Notes: generated from the letters alone by a model not told the origin. Counted from the first letter of the stretch, positions 1-10,487 are shown. The stretch: 64,000 nt of DNA from Tepidisphaera sp. (GCA_050916045.1 CP051526.1:736001-800000), one strand, 5' to 3'. Program-made: numbers and translations.

Positions 1-173
1 GCGCGACGGCTGACGGTCACGACGGGGTCGTGCTCGAGCAGGAAGAGGGTGCCGACCCGGGGCCGGCCTGCTTCGCGGTCGGCGAGCACGGCGGCCGCTT
101 CGGCTTCCTGCCGCTCGTACGCGGCGGCGTAGCCGATCCTGCCAAGATCCATGACGCGGAGCGTGTCATCCAC
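1..173 (-). CDS. lipB: Lipoyl(octanoyl) transferase, 5' part (runs off the window edge)
   Basis: Manual translation from GTG at 173 gives VDDTLRVMDLGRIGYAAAYERQ...GTLFLLEHDPVVTVSRR, matching the LipB DLG..Y..A...Q and LLEH.PV.T motifs. Not in the ORF track. Confidence 0.8.
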   Translation of the reverse strand, partial: MDDTLRVMDLGRIGYAAAYERQEAEAAAVLADREAGRPRVGTLFLLEHDPVVTVSRR

Positions 174-234
174 GACCGATGGTAGTGGGGCGGCGGCGGC
201 GTTCCGGGCGCTCCGAGCCCGCAATAATGCCCCC

Positions 235-1104
235 ATGCCCATGATCCACCCCTCGGCCGTGATTGACTCCAAAGCCGAGATTGCGTCAGATGTCGAGATC
301 GGCCCGTTCTGCTGCGTCGAAGGCCCGGTGAAGCTGGCTTCCGGCGTGCGGCTGGTGTCGCACGTCCACCTGAACGGCCCGCTCGAAATCGGTCAGGGCA
401 CCGTCCTCTATCCCCATGTGACGCTGGGCCAGCTCCCGCAGGACTTCAAGTTCTCCCGCGGGATGCCCACCGCGGGTGTGAAGGTCGGCTCGGGGTGCAT
501 TCTCCGCGAGGGCGTCACGCTCCACGCCGCGACCAAGCCTGACATCCCGACCTCCGTCGGTGACCGCGTCCTGATGATGGTGAACTCGCACGCCGGCCAC
601 GATGCCAAGATCGGGAGCGACGTCATCCTCGCCAACGGGGCCCTCCTCGGCGGGCACGCCAGCGTCGGCGACAAAGCCAACATCTCCGGCAACGTCGCGA
701 TCCACCAGTTCAACCGCGTCGGCCGCTTGGCGTTCGTCTCGGGCGGGTCTGCGGTCTCGACCGATGTGCCTCCGTTCTGCGTCGCCTGGGGCCGCAACCG
801 CTTGCACGCGGTGAACCTCGTGGGCATGCGTCGCAACGGGTTCCCGCGCGAGCACATCCAGAAGGTTCTGTGGGCGTTCATCAAGGTCTTCCGCGCCAGC
901 TTGCCGCGGCCGGAGATGCTCCAGATCCTCGACGAGATGGGCCAGGACTGCCCGCCGGTTGCCGAGATGGCCCAGTTCGTCCGCGAAGCCAAGAAGCCCA
1001 TCTGCGCCGGCCTCGGCCGTCCCAGCCGCGACCTCATCGCCCTTTGGCGTGCGGTCAAGTCCGGTAAACTCGGAGCGCCGGCCGAAGACGAGCCGCTCGC
1101 CTGA
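235..1104 (+). CDS. lpxA: Acyl-ACP--UDP-N-acetylglucosamine O-acyltransferase
   Basis: IHPSAVID start, hexapeptide repeats, PQDFKF, HAGHD, IHQF, DVPPF and NLVGMRR motifs. Confidence 0.9.
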   Translation: MPMIHPSAVIDSKAEIASDVEIGPFCCVEGPVKLASGVRLVSHVHLNGPLEIGQGTVLYPHVTLGQLPQDFKFSRGMPTAGVKVGSGCILREGVTLHAATKPDIPTSVGDRVLMMVNSHAGHDAKIGSDVILANGALLGGHASVGDKANISGNVAIHQFNRVGRLAFVSGGSAVSTDVPPFCVAWGRNRLHAVNLVGMRRNGFPREHIQKVLWAFIKVFRASLPRPEMLQILDEMGQDCPPVAEMAQFVREAKKPICAGLGRPSRDLIALWRAVKSGKLGAPAEDEPLA

Positions 1105-1157
1105 TTCTTGCGGTGGATTTGCTTTGCGTGGGGCCCGATCCCACATAACATACTCAC

Positions 1158-2180
1158 ATGAAGAACTCGATTCGTTTCTCGAACGTCTTCGTGGGTGCTC
1201 TCACGCTTGCCGCGACCGCCGCCCTGAACGCCGACATCCTCCGTGCTTCCAGCGCGACCGCGACCAGCGAGTTCAGCGGGCTGTACGACATCGGCAACGC
1301 GATCGATGGTTCGGGCTTGTCGGCGGGGTTTAACCCCGCGTCGACCCACGCGACCTACACGGCCAACAACCATTGGACCACCCAGTCCCGCCGCACGATC
1401 GGCGAATCCGCGACGTTCAGCTTCGCGATGCCCGCGCCGGTCGGCGGGTTTTACATGTGGGCCCACCGCTCCGACAACATCGCGAGCAACCCGGACTACG
1501 CGGTGACGCTCTTTGATCTGGTCTTCCGCGACGCGAGCGGCAACATCCTGCAGACCATCCCGAACCTTGTCGGGATTCCGAACGTCCTGACGGCTCAGAC
1601 GTACGCCTTCCCCGTGATCCAGAACGTCAAGACGGTGCAGTTCATCGTGCGTGCGACGACGAACAACAATTCTTCACCGTTCACCGGCCTCGCCGAGGCG
1701 CTTTTCGACACGTGCATCGCCGTGTCGGCGTCGATCCCCGGCGAACAGGTGATCTGCCCCGGCGGCACGGTGACGATCCCCGCGCAGCTCGGCGGCTCCG
1801 GCCCGTTCACGACCTCATGGGAGCTCCTGGACAGCGGTGGCAACGCCGTGACGCTGACCGACGGCGCGTTGCCGGGCTCTTCCGCGGTGATCTCGGGAAG
1901 CTCGGGCGCGACCCTGACGATCTCGGGCGTCGACGAGGCTGCCGCTTCGTACGCGTATCGCATCGTGGCGAGCAACAGCTGCTCGCAGACGAGCGCGGCG
2001 TCCGCCATCGTGTACTGCCCATCTGACGCGAACTGCGACGGCTTCGTCGATTTCTTCGATTACGACGACTTCGTCACCGCATTCGAGGCGGGCACGGCGA
2101 CGGCGGACTTCAACGGTGACGGGTTCATCGATTTCTTCGACTACGACGACTTCGTCGCGGCGTTCGAAGCCGGCTGCTGA
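1158..2180 (+). CDS. Secreted protein (discoidin-like plus Ig-like) with C-terminal GC-type dockerin-like domain
   Basis: Signal peptide; ends CPSDANCDGFVDFFDYDDFV...ADFNGDGFIDFFDYDDFVAAFEAGC. Confidence 0.8.
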   Translation: MKNSIRFSNVFVGALTLAATAALNADILRASSATATSEFSGLYDIGNAIDGSGLSAGFNPASTHATYTANNHWTTQSRRTIGESATFSFAMPAPVGGFYMWAHRSDNIASNPDYAVTLFDLVFRDASGNILQTIPNLVGIPNVLTAQTYAFPVIQNVKTVQFIVRATTNNNSSPFTGLAEALFDTCIAVSASIPGEQVICPGGTVTIPAQLGGSGPFTTSWELLDSGGNAVTLTDGALPGSSAVISGSSGATLTISGVDEAAASYAYRIVASNSCSQTSAASAIVYCPSDANCDGFVDFFDYDDFVTAFEAGTATADFNGDGFIDFFDYDDFVAAFEAGC

Positions 2181-2195
2181 TCCACGCGTCTCCGC

Positions 2196-3047
2196 CTATT
2201 CCTTCACCCCGCCCGCCGAGATCCCCGACACGAGCGTCCGCTGCGTCAGCATGAAGAGCAGCAGCACCGGCGCCGTCACCAGCACGCTCGCCGCCATCAG
2301 CAGGTTCCACGGCGTGTTTCCCGCTTTGCTCTGGTAAAGCTGCAAGCCCAGCGCCAGGGTGAACTGGTCGCGGTGCGTCAGGAAGATCAAGGGCGCGAGG
2401 AAGTCGTTCCACACGTACATGAAGTGGAAGAGCGCGACCACCGCGAGGGCGGGCGTTGAAAGCGGCAGGATCACCCGCCAGAAGATGCCCCAGTGCCCGC
2501 AGCCGTCGATCGTCGCCGCTTCGTCAAGCTCGCGCGGGATCTGCATGTAGAACTGCCGCAGCAGGAAGATATTGAACGCCCCGCCGAACCACGCCGGAAC
2601 CCAAAGGGGCTTGAGCGTGCCGATCCAGCCCAGGTTCGAGAAGATGATGTAAAGCGGGCCCATGATCACCGGGAACGGGATCATCATCGTCGCCAGCATC
2701 AACGCGAACATCCACGTCCGCCCGCGCCACTGGATCCGCGAGAACCCGTACGCCACGATCGCGCTCGAAAGGCACATCCCCACCACGCTCAGCGATGCCA
2801 CGATCAGCGTGTTCCGCAGGTAGATCGGGAACGTCACCGAAGGGTCGTTCCACACCGCCGCGTAGTTGCCCACGCCGGAGGTTTCGCCCGGGGCCGCCTG
2901 AGGAAAGATCGAAAGCGTGCCGTCCGTCGCTTGCGATTCGGGCTTGAAGCTCGTGATCAGCATCCACACCAGCGGCAGCAGAAAGAGAAGCGACGCCAGC
3001 GACACCGCGGCGTACGAGAGGAGCGAGGATGACCGAACACGAGCCAT
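2196..3047 (-). CDS. Carbohydrate ABC transporter permease
   Basis: EAA loop (IPRELDEAATIDGC), WNDFL..LI, about 6 TM segments. Confidence 0.92.
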   Translation of the reverse strand: MARVRSSSLLSYAAVSLASLLFLLPLVWMLITSFKPESQATDGTLSIFPQAAPGETSGVGNYAAVWNDPSVTFPIYLRNTLIVASLSVVGMCLSSAIVAYGFSRIQWRGRTWMFALMLATMMIPFPVIMGPLYIIFSNLGWIGTLKPLWVPAWFGGAFNIFLLRQFYMQIPRELDEAATIDGCGHWGIFWRVILPLSTPALAVVALFHFMYVWNDFLAPLIFLTHRDQFTLALGLQLYQSKAGNTPWNLLMAASVLVTAPVLLLFMLTQRTLVSGISAGGVKE

Positions 3048-3065
3048 GCGACCGAACCTTCTCCA

Positions 3066-3950
3066 TCACGCGCCGCGGTAGTGCACCGTGCGCCTGCTGA
3101 CCATGAACATCAGACCCGTCAATGCCAGGACCACCAGAAGCTGGACCCAAGCGAGCGCCGAAGCGAAACCCATCTCCCCGTCGACGAACGCTTTGTTGTA
3201 CAGATACCCCGTGTAGAAATTCGCGACTCCGTTCGGCCCGCCCGCGTTCTTCTGGAAGAGCGCGAGCGGGATCACGAAGACCTGAAGCGTGCCGATCGCG
3301 AGCGTGATCACGTTGAAGAGGATCACCGGCGAGATCATCGGAAGCGTGACGTGCCAGAACTTGCGGAGCGGCCCCATCCCGTCGATGTCCGCCGCTTCGT
3401 AGTACTGCTCGGGCACGTCCTTGAGGGCGGCGACGTAGATCAGGACTTGCTGCCCCACGCCCCAGAGGGCGATGAGGACCAGCGCCGCCGCCGCTGGCAC
3501 CGTCTCGTTCAGCCACGAGGGCTTGGGCAGATGAACCAGCCCGAGGACCCTGTTGATCAGGCCGTACTCGGCGTTGAAGAGCCACATCCACACCATCGCC
3601 GTCGCGATCATCGGGACCAGCGTCGGCAGGAAGATCGCCGCTTGAAAGAACCCGACCGCTTTCGTCCGCTTGGCGAGCATCGCGGCGAGCACGAGAGCGA
3701 GGACGGTCGCCAGCGGGATCGTGACCACCGCGTACCACGCCGTGTTCCACACCGCTTGCCAGAACCGCGAATCCGTCAGCATCCGCGTGTAGTTCTCAAG
3801 CCCGACCCACACGGGGGCTTCGAGCATCGGGTACTCGGTGAACGAGTGGTACAAGCTCATCGCCGCCGGGAGCAGCATGAACGCCGCGAACCCGATCACC
3901 CACGGGGAGACCCAAAGCCAGCCCGCCGCGTTCTCCTTGCGGTCACGCAT
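3066..3950 (-). CDS. Sugar ABC transporter permease
   Basis: Start MRDRKEN (ATG at 3950, overlapping the upstream stop); VGLENY, YYEAADIDG, HVTLPMISP. Confidence 0.9.
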   Translation of the reverse strand: MRDRKENAAGWLWVSPWVIGFAAFMLLPAAMSLYHSFTEYPMLEAPVWVGLENYTRMLTDSRFWQAVWNTAWYAVVTIPLATVLALVLAAMLAKRTKAVGFFQAAIFLPTLVPMIATAMVWMWLFNAEYGLINRVLGLVHLPKPSWLNETVPAAAALVLIALWGVGQQVLIYVAALKDVPEQYYEAADIDGMGPLRKFWHVTLPMISPVILFNVITLAIGTLQVFVIPLALFQKNAGGPNGVANFYTGYLYNKAFVDGEMGFASALAWVQLLVVLALTGLMFMVSRRTVHYRGA

Positions 3951-5424
3951 GACCACCGCCAGTCCGCCAGCCGGTTGGGGAGTTGGGGAGGGTGGGGGGG
4001 GTGTGGGGGCCGGCCGCGATCCCGCGCCGCGCCCGCTGGGCTTTGTGGCGGTCGAGAATGCCCTGCACGCGTGCGTCGACCTTGCCGAGGACCGCCGCGG
4101 TCGTCTCGCCGCGGTAGAGGTCGTCCATCGCCGCGTCCATCTCGCGTTTGATCTCCGGCCAGACGCGCGTCCGCGGCGTGACGAACGCTCGCGGGCTCTT
4201 CGCGATCGTGTCAAATGTCGCGATGCCCTTGTTGGGATGCGTCGCGAGAAACGACTCGCTCGAGGTGGCGAGGGGAGAGCCTTTGAAGTGCTGCCGGGCG
4301 AGTTCTTCGAGGTTTTCCTGCTTCTGGCAGAACCGGAGGAACTCCACGCACGCTTCGGGATGTTTGACGCCGCGCGGGATGACCACGACGTCGGCTTCGG
4401 CGGCGCCGATCGGGTTCGCGTCATCGCGGAGGCTCGCGATCGCGGGCAGCGGCACGACGCCGTAGTCAAGCTCGGGCTTGCCGGCGGAGCGGGCCGCCCG
4501 GTCATGGTGGGCTTCGATCACGTTGGCAAGCCACGGCCCCTGGACGATCATCGCGAGCTGGCCGGTGAGAAAGGCGTTCGTCGGCGCGTCGTAGTTGCCA
4601 AACCGCGCCCGGAACCGCGAGAACGCACCATTCTTCGCCGGGTCGTACATCGCCGCTGTCGAACGCACCCAGTCATACCCGCGGATCGTGGCGTCCTCCG
4701 TCAGCGAGCTCTTGCCCGTGGACGGATCCCAAAGCCTCCCGCCAAAGGGCTGCGACCAGATCCAACTCCACCACCCCGGCTCCGAGTGGATGAAGCCGCC
4801 GCGCACCACATCGCCCGAACCGTCAAACTCCGTGAGCTTGCGGTTGAAGTCGTCGAACTCCTCCATCACCATCGGCGGCCCGGACAGCCCCGCTTCTGCA
4901 AGCCGCCGCTTGTTGTAGTACATCGCGAGCGTGCCCGCCGCCGAAATCACGCCCCACGTCCGCGGCGAGCCGTCTTTTCCCGGATGCTTAACGAACGTCC
5001 GAAGCCCCGCCGCGTACCGCGACGCCGAGAGGCTCTCGCCAAACTCCTCGAGCGGCAGAATCGCCCCGCGTTCCGCGAAAAGCGGGATGTTGTACGCGTA
5101 AAGCCCCAGAAGGTCCGGCGGCGAACCGCCCGCGATCGCCACCATCCCCTTCTCATCCACCCCCGCCGTCACCAGATACCGCACGAAGATCCGCGACTGG
5201 CTCTCGTTGAACCGGTCCACGATCGTTTGCATCGTCTTGCCTTCGTGCCCGGCCCACTTCTCCCAGTAATCAAGCACGATCCGGCCCGTGGTCTTCTCGC
5301 CCACGCCGCGCGGCCCGAACACCGCGAAAGCCGCCGCGCCCGCCGCGAGCGAGCCCAGGAACGCGCGCCTCGCGAGCGTTCCCGCCGATGCCGCGCCGCT
5401 GGTTGTTGCCGGGGAGGTCGTCAC
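3943..5424 (-). CDS. ABC transporter extracellular solute-binding protein (family 1), Tat-type signal
   Basis: ARRAFLG twin-arginine motif, PPDL, MYYNK, F..GQLAMIVQGPW; first gene of the permease operon. Confidence 0.85.
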   Translation of the reverse strand: MTTSPATTSGAASAGTLARRAFLGSLAAGAAAFAVFGPRGVGEKTTGRIVLDYWEKWAGHEGKTMQTIVDRFNESQSRIFVRYLVTAGVDEKGMVAIAGGSPPDLLGLYAYNIPLFAERGAILPLEEFGESLSASRYAAGLRTFVKHPGKDGSPRTWGVISAAGTLAMYYNKRRLAEAGLSGPPMVMEEFDDFNRKLTEFDGSGDVVRGGFIHSEPGWWSWIWSQPFGGRLWDPSTGKSSLTEDATIRGYDWVRSTAAMYDPAKNGAFSRFRARFGNYDAPTNAFLTGQLAMIVQGPWLANVIEAHHDRAARSAGKPELDYGVVPLPAIASLRDDANPIGAAEADVVVIPRGVKHPEACVEFLRFCQKQENLEELARQHFKGSPLATSSESFLATHPNKGIATFDTIAKSPRAFVTPRTRVWPEIKREMDAAMDDLYRGETTAAVLGKVDARVQGILDRHKAQRARRGIAAGPHTPPTLPNSPTGWRTGGGHA

Positions 5425-5565
5425 CGCTCCATTCTAACGGAATCTCCGTGCTCCCGACCGAATCTCGGACCGTCCGCACGCGAATCCCGCTCGCCGTCGG
5501 TGAAACACCGTTTCGGCGGGCAATGGATCTGGCGAACCCCGCTCCCTCAGTCGCGTACGCGAGGG

Positions 5566-6642
5566 GTGAACCAACCGCAAAGCCGCTCGCTCACCATCAT
5601 GCTCTGGCTCGCTTTGCTCGCGTCCGCCGCCTTCGCGGCTTTCATGTGGCTGATGCCCGGGGATCTCGAGGACGCCGGGCGGCTCCGTCGCGGGTTGTTC
5701 TGGGTGGCGTTCATGGGCCGGACCTACACCGTCCTCCTTGGTGCGATGGTGCTCGCCCTTGCCGCGGTCGCTCTGCTCCTCAGGCGTCGGGCGGTCGCGG
5801 CGGGCTCGATGCTCCTGGGGTGCGTGCTTCTGGGCCCCTGGGCGGCTTCGCTCGTGCGCCCGCTTCCCAATCGGCCCGACAAGCCGTCCTTCACCGTCAT
5901 GTCCGCCAATCTGCTAGTGCACGTCTCGGCCGAAGCCGAGCTTCTCGCCGAGATCCGCCGGACCGATCCGGACATCATCTGCTTCCAGGAGTACACCCCC
6001 GCGAAAGCCGCCGTGCTCGTCCCCGCGCTGTCAGCTCTGTACCCGCACCAGGACCAGGCCATGCGGGACCACGCTTTCGGTCAAGCCATCTTCTCCAAGT
6101 TCCCCTTCATCGCCCCGCCCGACCACGCTCCGCACCGGGCTCTTCGCGACCAGTTGCGGAACTCCCTCCGCGTCGGCGGCGTCGTCGGCATCCAGGACCC
6201 CCAGATCCGCGCGGTCGTCGACATCCGCGGCACGCCCGTCGTCATCCACAACATCCACTACCCGCCGCCGATGTCCGGGTCCTACCTCGCCGAGCAAAGG
6301 CGCATGACCGAGTGGCTCTGCGCATCCGCCCGCGAAGAAACCCGCCCGCTCATCCTCGCCGGGGACTTCAACTGCACGCCCGAAAGCCTCAACGCTTCGG
6401 ATCTCCGCGCCGCCGGCTTCGCCGAGGTCGGGTCCGTCGCTCGCGGCCGAAGCACCACCTGGCCCACCGAGGGACCCCTCGCGTGGATCCCGGTCCGCAT
6501 CGACCACCAGTGGCACAGCGAGCACCTCGCGTGCGTCCACAGCGAGGTCTGCAAGCCAAACGGCTCGGACCATCGCCCGATCATCGCGATCTACGCTTTG
6601 AAGCAAACCGCGAGCGTCAGCACCCCGTCTCAAACGCCGTGA
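5566..6642 (+). CDS. Membrane-anchored endonuclease/exonuclease/phosphatase family protein
   Basis: N-terminal TM helices, SANL, DPDIICFQE, ILAGDFN, RIDH, SDHRPI. GTG start at 5566 is estimated; the ORF overlaps the convergent neighbour by 26 bp. Confidence 0.85.
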   Translation: MNQPQSRSLTIMLWLALLASAAFAAFMWLMPGDLEDAGRLRRGLFWVAFMGRTYTVLLGAMVLALAAVALLLRRRAVAAGSMLLGCVLLGPWAASLVRPLPNRPDKPSFTVMSANLLVHVSAEAELLAEIRRTDPDIICFQEYTPAKAAVLVPALSALYPHQDQAMRDHAFGQAIFSKFPFIAPPDHAPHRALRDQLRNSLRVGGVVGIQDPQIRAVVDIRGTPVVIHNIHYPPPMSGSYLAEQRRMTEWLCASAREETRPLILAGDFNCTPESLNASDLRAAGFAEVGSVARGRSTTWPTEGPLAWIPVRIDHQWHSEHLACVHSEVCKPNGSDHRPIIAIYALKQTASVSTPSQTP

Positions 6643-7981
6643 CGAACTCGGTGTAGTCAAAGAAATCCGCGAACCCGTCGAGGTTGTAGTCCGCGCGGAG
6701 GGTGCCGCTCTCGAACGCGCCGAGGAACGCGTCGTAGTCGAAGAAATCGATGAAGCCGTCGCGGTTGAAGTCCGCCCGGCACAGGTTCCGCGCCATCCAC
6801 GCCACGCCCCGGTATACCTCTTCGCCGCTGATGCGGATCTCGCCCGGCGGCGCGGTGAACCCGGTGTTGGTCAGTTCGATCGTCCAGGAAAGCGCGTCCC
6901 GCGATCCATACATGGAGTCCTTGGCCGCCCCGCTCGTCGCGTAGAGGGTCTGGTTCCCCTGCCCCGCCCGGTACGTCTGCCCGCCGGTCTGCATGACCTG
7001 CGACAAGCCGGGATCCCAGCGCTGATAAAGCCCGACCGCTTCCGGCCGCGCGGATGTGTACCCCCACGGCCACAAAATCAGCCGCCCGTACGTGTGCACA
7101 TCCCAATAAAGCACCGCTCGCGCCCCAAGCCGCGCCGCGAGGTCCCGCATCGCCTGCGTCTCCGGCTCGGAGAACGGAGCCGTCCCGCGATAGATGTCGC
7201 TCCTGGGATCGGGGCTCGACCCGTTGTTTCGGCCCCATTCGTACCCCCAGTTGCGATTGGGGTCGATCCCGAACGCGCCGTTGCCGTTGGGCCGACGCGT
7301 CTTCCGCCAGAAGCGATCGGTCGTCCAGGTGTACACGTACCCGTCCGGATTGACCATCGGCACGAGCACCACCTCGTAGCGATTCAGAATGTCCGCATCA
7401 GCCGAGCCCGGAGCCCACTCCGTCGCAAGCCGGTTCACGAGGTACATCGTCGCCATCACCGAGACCCACTCGCGGGCGTGCTGCAAGCTGTTGAGCAGAA
7501 TCACAGGCTTGCCGCCCTCAAACCCGCCCCCTTCCGGCGACGTGAGCCGGAGCGCGAAGATCTCCCGGCCCTCAAAGCTCTGTCCGATCGCTTCCCGCCG
7601 CACGATGTCCGGTCTCGCCTGCACGAGCGAATCCGCGAACGCCGACACCTCGGCGAACGGCTTGAAGTCATCAAACCAGTCCCGCTCGCCGAACGGCGCC
7701 TCAAGCCGGGCCCGTTCCTCCGTGGCGATGGCTTCCACGTCCGGGATGAACATCTCGTACGCAAGCCCCAGCGCGTCAAGCTCGCGGAGATCCTCGCGGC
7801 GGACACGCCAGTCCATCCGCCCCGCTTCGTCCGCCTGATGCGACCAGCAGTCGCCCGAAAGCTGCGACATCAGCATCACGTCCCGCGCATCACGCATCGT
7901 CACGCGCACGACGCACGTGCCGTCCGCAAACGCCGATCCCGCGAGCGCCCAAGCCGCCATCCATGCCGAAAGACGATGCAT
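6617..7981 (-). CDS. M14 zinc carboxypeptidase with GC-type dockerin-like C-terminus
   Basis: Signal peptide, HAREW, NPDGY, WRKTR, DPNRNW, FSEPET, HTYG and TIEL motifs; ends ...FETGC. Confidence 0.9.
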   Translation of the reverse strand: MHRLSAWMAAWALAGSAFADGTCVVRVTMRDARDVMLMSQLSGDCWSHQADEAGRMDWRVRREDLRELDALGLAYEMFIPDVEAIATEERARLEAPFGERDWFDDFKPFAEVSAFADSLVQARPDIVRREAIGQSFEGREIFALRLTSPEGGGFEGGKPVILLNSLQHAREWVSVMATMYLVNRLATEWAPGSADADILNRYEVVLVPMVNPDGYVYTWTTDRFWRKTRRPNGNGAFGIDPNRNWGYEWGRNNGSSPDPRSDIYRGTAPFSEPETQAMRDLAARLGARAVLYWDVHTYGRLILWPWGYTSARPEAVGLYQRWDPGLSQVMQTGGQTYRAGQGNQTLYATSGAAKDSMYGSRDALSWTIELTNTGFTAPPGEIRISGEEVYRGVAWMARNLCRADFNRDGFIDFFDYDAFLGAFESGTLRADYNLDGFADFFDYTEFVTAFETGC

Positions 7982-8024
7982 CACGCCCTCCCGCGGCTCG
8001 CCGCCGCCTCCGTCGCTCTTGGTC

Positions 8025-8738
8025 TCAGCAGCCTCGTTCAAAGGCCGACACGAACGCGTCGTAGTCGAAGAAATCAACGAAATCATCGCCGTTGAAATCC
8101 GCGTCGCGACCCGCGGGGCAGCCCGCGCCCTCGAAGCACTGCACGAAATCGTCGTAGTCAAAGAAGTCGACAAAGCAGTCGCGGTTGAAGTCCGACCCGC
8201 ACGCCGGCGTGCTCGTGATCACCGCCGTCCCGCTCGTGAACTCCAGATATCCGACCGTCGACGCCGGCGAGATCGTGACGTTCGTGATCGTAAACGATGC
8301 GATGTTCGAAGCGTTGATCCCCACGCCGATCGTCGCGCCAAAGCGGACCGTCACGCCCGCGATCACCTGCTCGCTGTCAAAGACCGTCTCGCTCAACTGG
8401 ATCGGGTGCACCCCGCCGTTGGAACTCGACACCGCTCCATTCAGGAACGCCGACGACCCCGGCGCAAGGTCCTCAAGCACCTGGGCCAGCGGCGTCGGCG
8501 TCGGATACCGGATCGCAAGAAGCGTGAACCCGCCCGCGCCCCGCACCATCCCGTTGATCGAGTACGTGTACGTGCAGCCCGGATCGATCGTGTCCGGCGC
8601 GCTCGACCGGCTCTGGTTCGTCGCGTTGCGAAGCTGCACCCCCGCCAGCGAGATCGTCGCCGTGTTGTCCGCCAACGCACCCGACGCCAGACCGGACACT
8701 CCCGCAAGCAACAACGCCGCAACCGTCGAACGAACCAT
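8025..8738 (-). CDS. Secreted beta-rich protein with GC-type dockerin-like C-terminus
   Basis: Signal peptide MVRSTVAALLLAG; ends CGSDFNRDCFVDFFDYDD...FERGC. Confidence 0.8.
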   Translation of the reverse strand: MVRSTVAALLLAGVSGLASGALADNTATISLAGVQLRNATNQSRSSAPDTIDPGCTYTYSINGMVRGAGGFTLLAIRYPTPTPLAQVLEDLAPGSSAFLNGAVSSSNGGVHPIQLSETVFDSEQVIAGVTVRFGATIGVGINASNIASFTITNVTISPASTVGYLEFTSGTAVITSTPACGSDFNRDCFVDFFDYDDFVQCFEGAGCPAGRDADFNGDDFVDFFDYDAFVSAFERGC

Positions 8739-8828
8739 GGGCAAGCTCCTCAATGTGCGGCGACGCCGCCGGAATCCCATGATATCGCACGCACCCCGCC
8801 GCGCCTACCCCATTTTCGGACCTGCCCC

Positions 8829-10487
8829 TCAGCACCCCGCTTCGTACGCCGCCACGAACGCGTCATAGTCGAAGAAATCGACGAATCCGTCCCCGTTCGC
8901 GTCCGCGGTCGAACCCGCCGGGCAGCCCTCTCCCTCAAAGCACGCCACAAACGCGTCGTAGTCGAAGAAGTCCAGGACCCCGTCCCCGTTGAAGTCCGCT
9001 CCGCACTCGCCCACGACGATGTCGGTGTCCGAAGCGTCCTCGCCGGTCCGCCCGTCCGCGTCCCGCACCACGACCTTGATCCGCGTCCGCGGCTCGTACC
9101 CCGCGGGCGTCGTCCACGCGTAGCTTCCGGAATCCGCGACGCCCGTCGCCAGCGCCGCGTATGTCGCGCCCCCGTCCGTCGACATCAGCACGTCCGCCGT
9201 GGTCGTCGCCACATCGTCATCCGAGATCCACCGCACCGTCACGGTCTCCCCCGACGCGATCCGCTCGCCGCCATCGGGCGAAACGACGTACGCCGTCGGG
9301 TTCTGCCCGCCGCGCGGCGCCGGAACATGCATCGCGATGCAGTGCATCACGCCCGCCGCCGTCACGATCGCCTGACAGTTGATCTGAAGCACCGTCTTCC
9401 CCGGCATCGCCGCCTGCCACGTCGAAAGCGCGACCGAGTTGCTCGGCGAAACCGTCGCGTTCGTGTACGACGGAACCAGCACAAGGTCGTTGCACATCAC
9501 GACGTTCGTGTACGTGTAGTGCGTGTTGCTCACGCGGAACGCCGGAAGGCGGTACACCTGGTACCCGCGCTGCGCCATGAACACCGCCGCGTTCTCACAG
9601 ATCACATCCTGCGTCGACCCCGGGTTCTGCGGCCAGTCCGAGATCATCACCTTGTTGTCCCCGATCACCTGCATCCACATGTCCAGGTGCTGCGTCGAAT
9701 CCACCGACACCGGGTACGGATCAAACAGGTGCATGTTCAGATTCTGATACGCGAGCCACCGGGCGCTCACCTCCGCTTCGCCCAACCCAGGGTTCTCGTT
9801 CACAATCAGCCGCGTCGCGTATCCGCGGTTCACCGCGTCAAGGTGGAAGTTCCCCCCGCCGTGAATCAGCGGGATCTCGTACACCGGCTGCCTCAGCTGC
9901 GTGCCAAGCCAGCCCGGCAGCGCATCGTCGTTCGGCCGCGGACGGTTGTACACGTGATCCACGATCGCGCGGCAGTCGCCCTGGAAAATGTACCTCGGGC
10001 CATAATCGCGGATCCAGATCGAATCGAGCGTCCGCCGGAAGAACCGCACTTTGGTCATGTCGGCGCCCGCCGCCGTGATCTGCGTCCGCGCCGCGTTCTC
10101 CGCCGCCAGGTCCCGCACCACAACCCACGCTTGGGCGCTGCCCACCGTCGTGATCCGCCCGGCCATCTGCGAGACGATCGTCAGCCACGCCGAGGTCCCG
10201 TTCCACGAAAGCATGATCGCCTGCATCGGCTCATACTCCGCCGCGCAGTGCACCGGCCCCGTCGGTGCCCCCGTCCCACGCGGGACAAACGGCGGGTTGA
10301 GGTCCCAGAACCGACGCTCCGCCGGCGTCATGTTCCGCGGGATCGCCGCTCCCTCGGGGTACACCAGCCGCCCGTCCACCACAAGCGGCTCGCTCGCCGG
10401 CTCCCCGGTCACCGCGCCCTGCCCCATGCTCGTCCCGGCAAGCCCGGAGATGCCCATCAGACCCGCAACAAGCGTCTTCGCTCTCAT
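8829..10487 (-). CDS. Secreted agmatine/peptidylarginine deiminase family protein with Ig-like and GC-type dockerin-like domains
   Basis: AEYEP, WIRDYGP, GGNF, HLDM, YTN and G.MHCI (catalytic Cys) motifs; signal peptide; ends ...YEAGC. Confidence 0.88.
   Translation of the reverse strand: MRAKTLVAGLMGISGLAGTSMGQGAVTGEPASEPLVVDGRLVYPEGAAIPRNMTPAERRFWDLNPPFVPRGTGAPTGPVHCAAEYEPMQAIMLSWNGTSAWLTIVSQMAGRITTVGSAQAWVVVRDLAAENAARTQITAAGADMTKVRFFRRTLDSIWIRDYGPRYIFQGDCRAIVDHVYNRPRPNDDALPGWLGTQLRQPVYEIPLIHGGGNFHLDAVNRGYATRLIVNENPGLGEAEVSARWLAYQNLNMHLFDPYPVSVDSTQHLDMWMQVIGDNKVMISDWPQNPGSTQDVICENAAVFMAQRGYQVYRLPAFRVSNTHYTYTNVVMCNDLVLVPSYTNATVSPSNSVALSTWQAAMPGKTVLQINCQAIVTAAGVMHCIAMHVPAPRGGQNPTAYVVSPDGGERIASGETVTVRWISDDDVATTTADVLMSTDGGATYAALATGVADSGSYAWTTPAGYEPRTRIKVVVRDADGRTGEDASDTDIVVGECGADFNGDGVLDFFDYDAFVACFEGEGCPAGSTADANGDGFVDFFDYDAFVAAYEAGC

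Noticed and set aside
3838..5565. N-terminal extension making a 934-aa EEP fusion (likewise the 13038 extension of the PTPS gene and the 27783-29855 extension of the adaptor)
   Set aside because: The extensions overlap real genes on the other strand or in another frame; the true starts are downstream.
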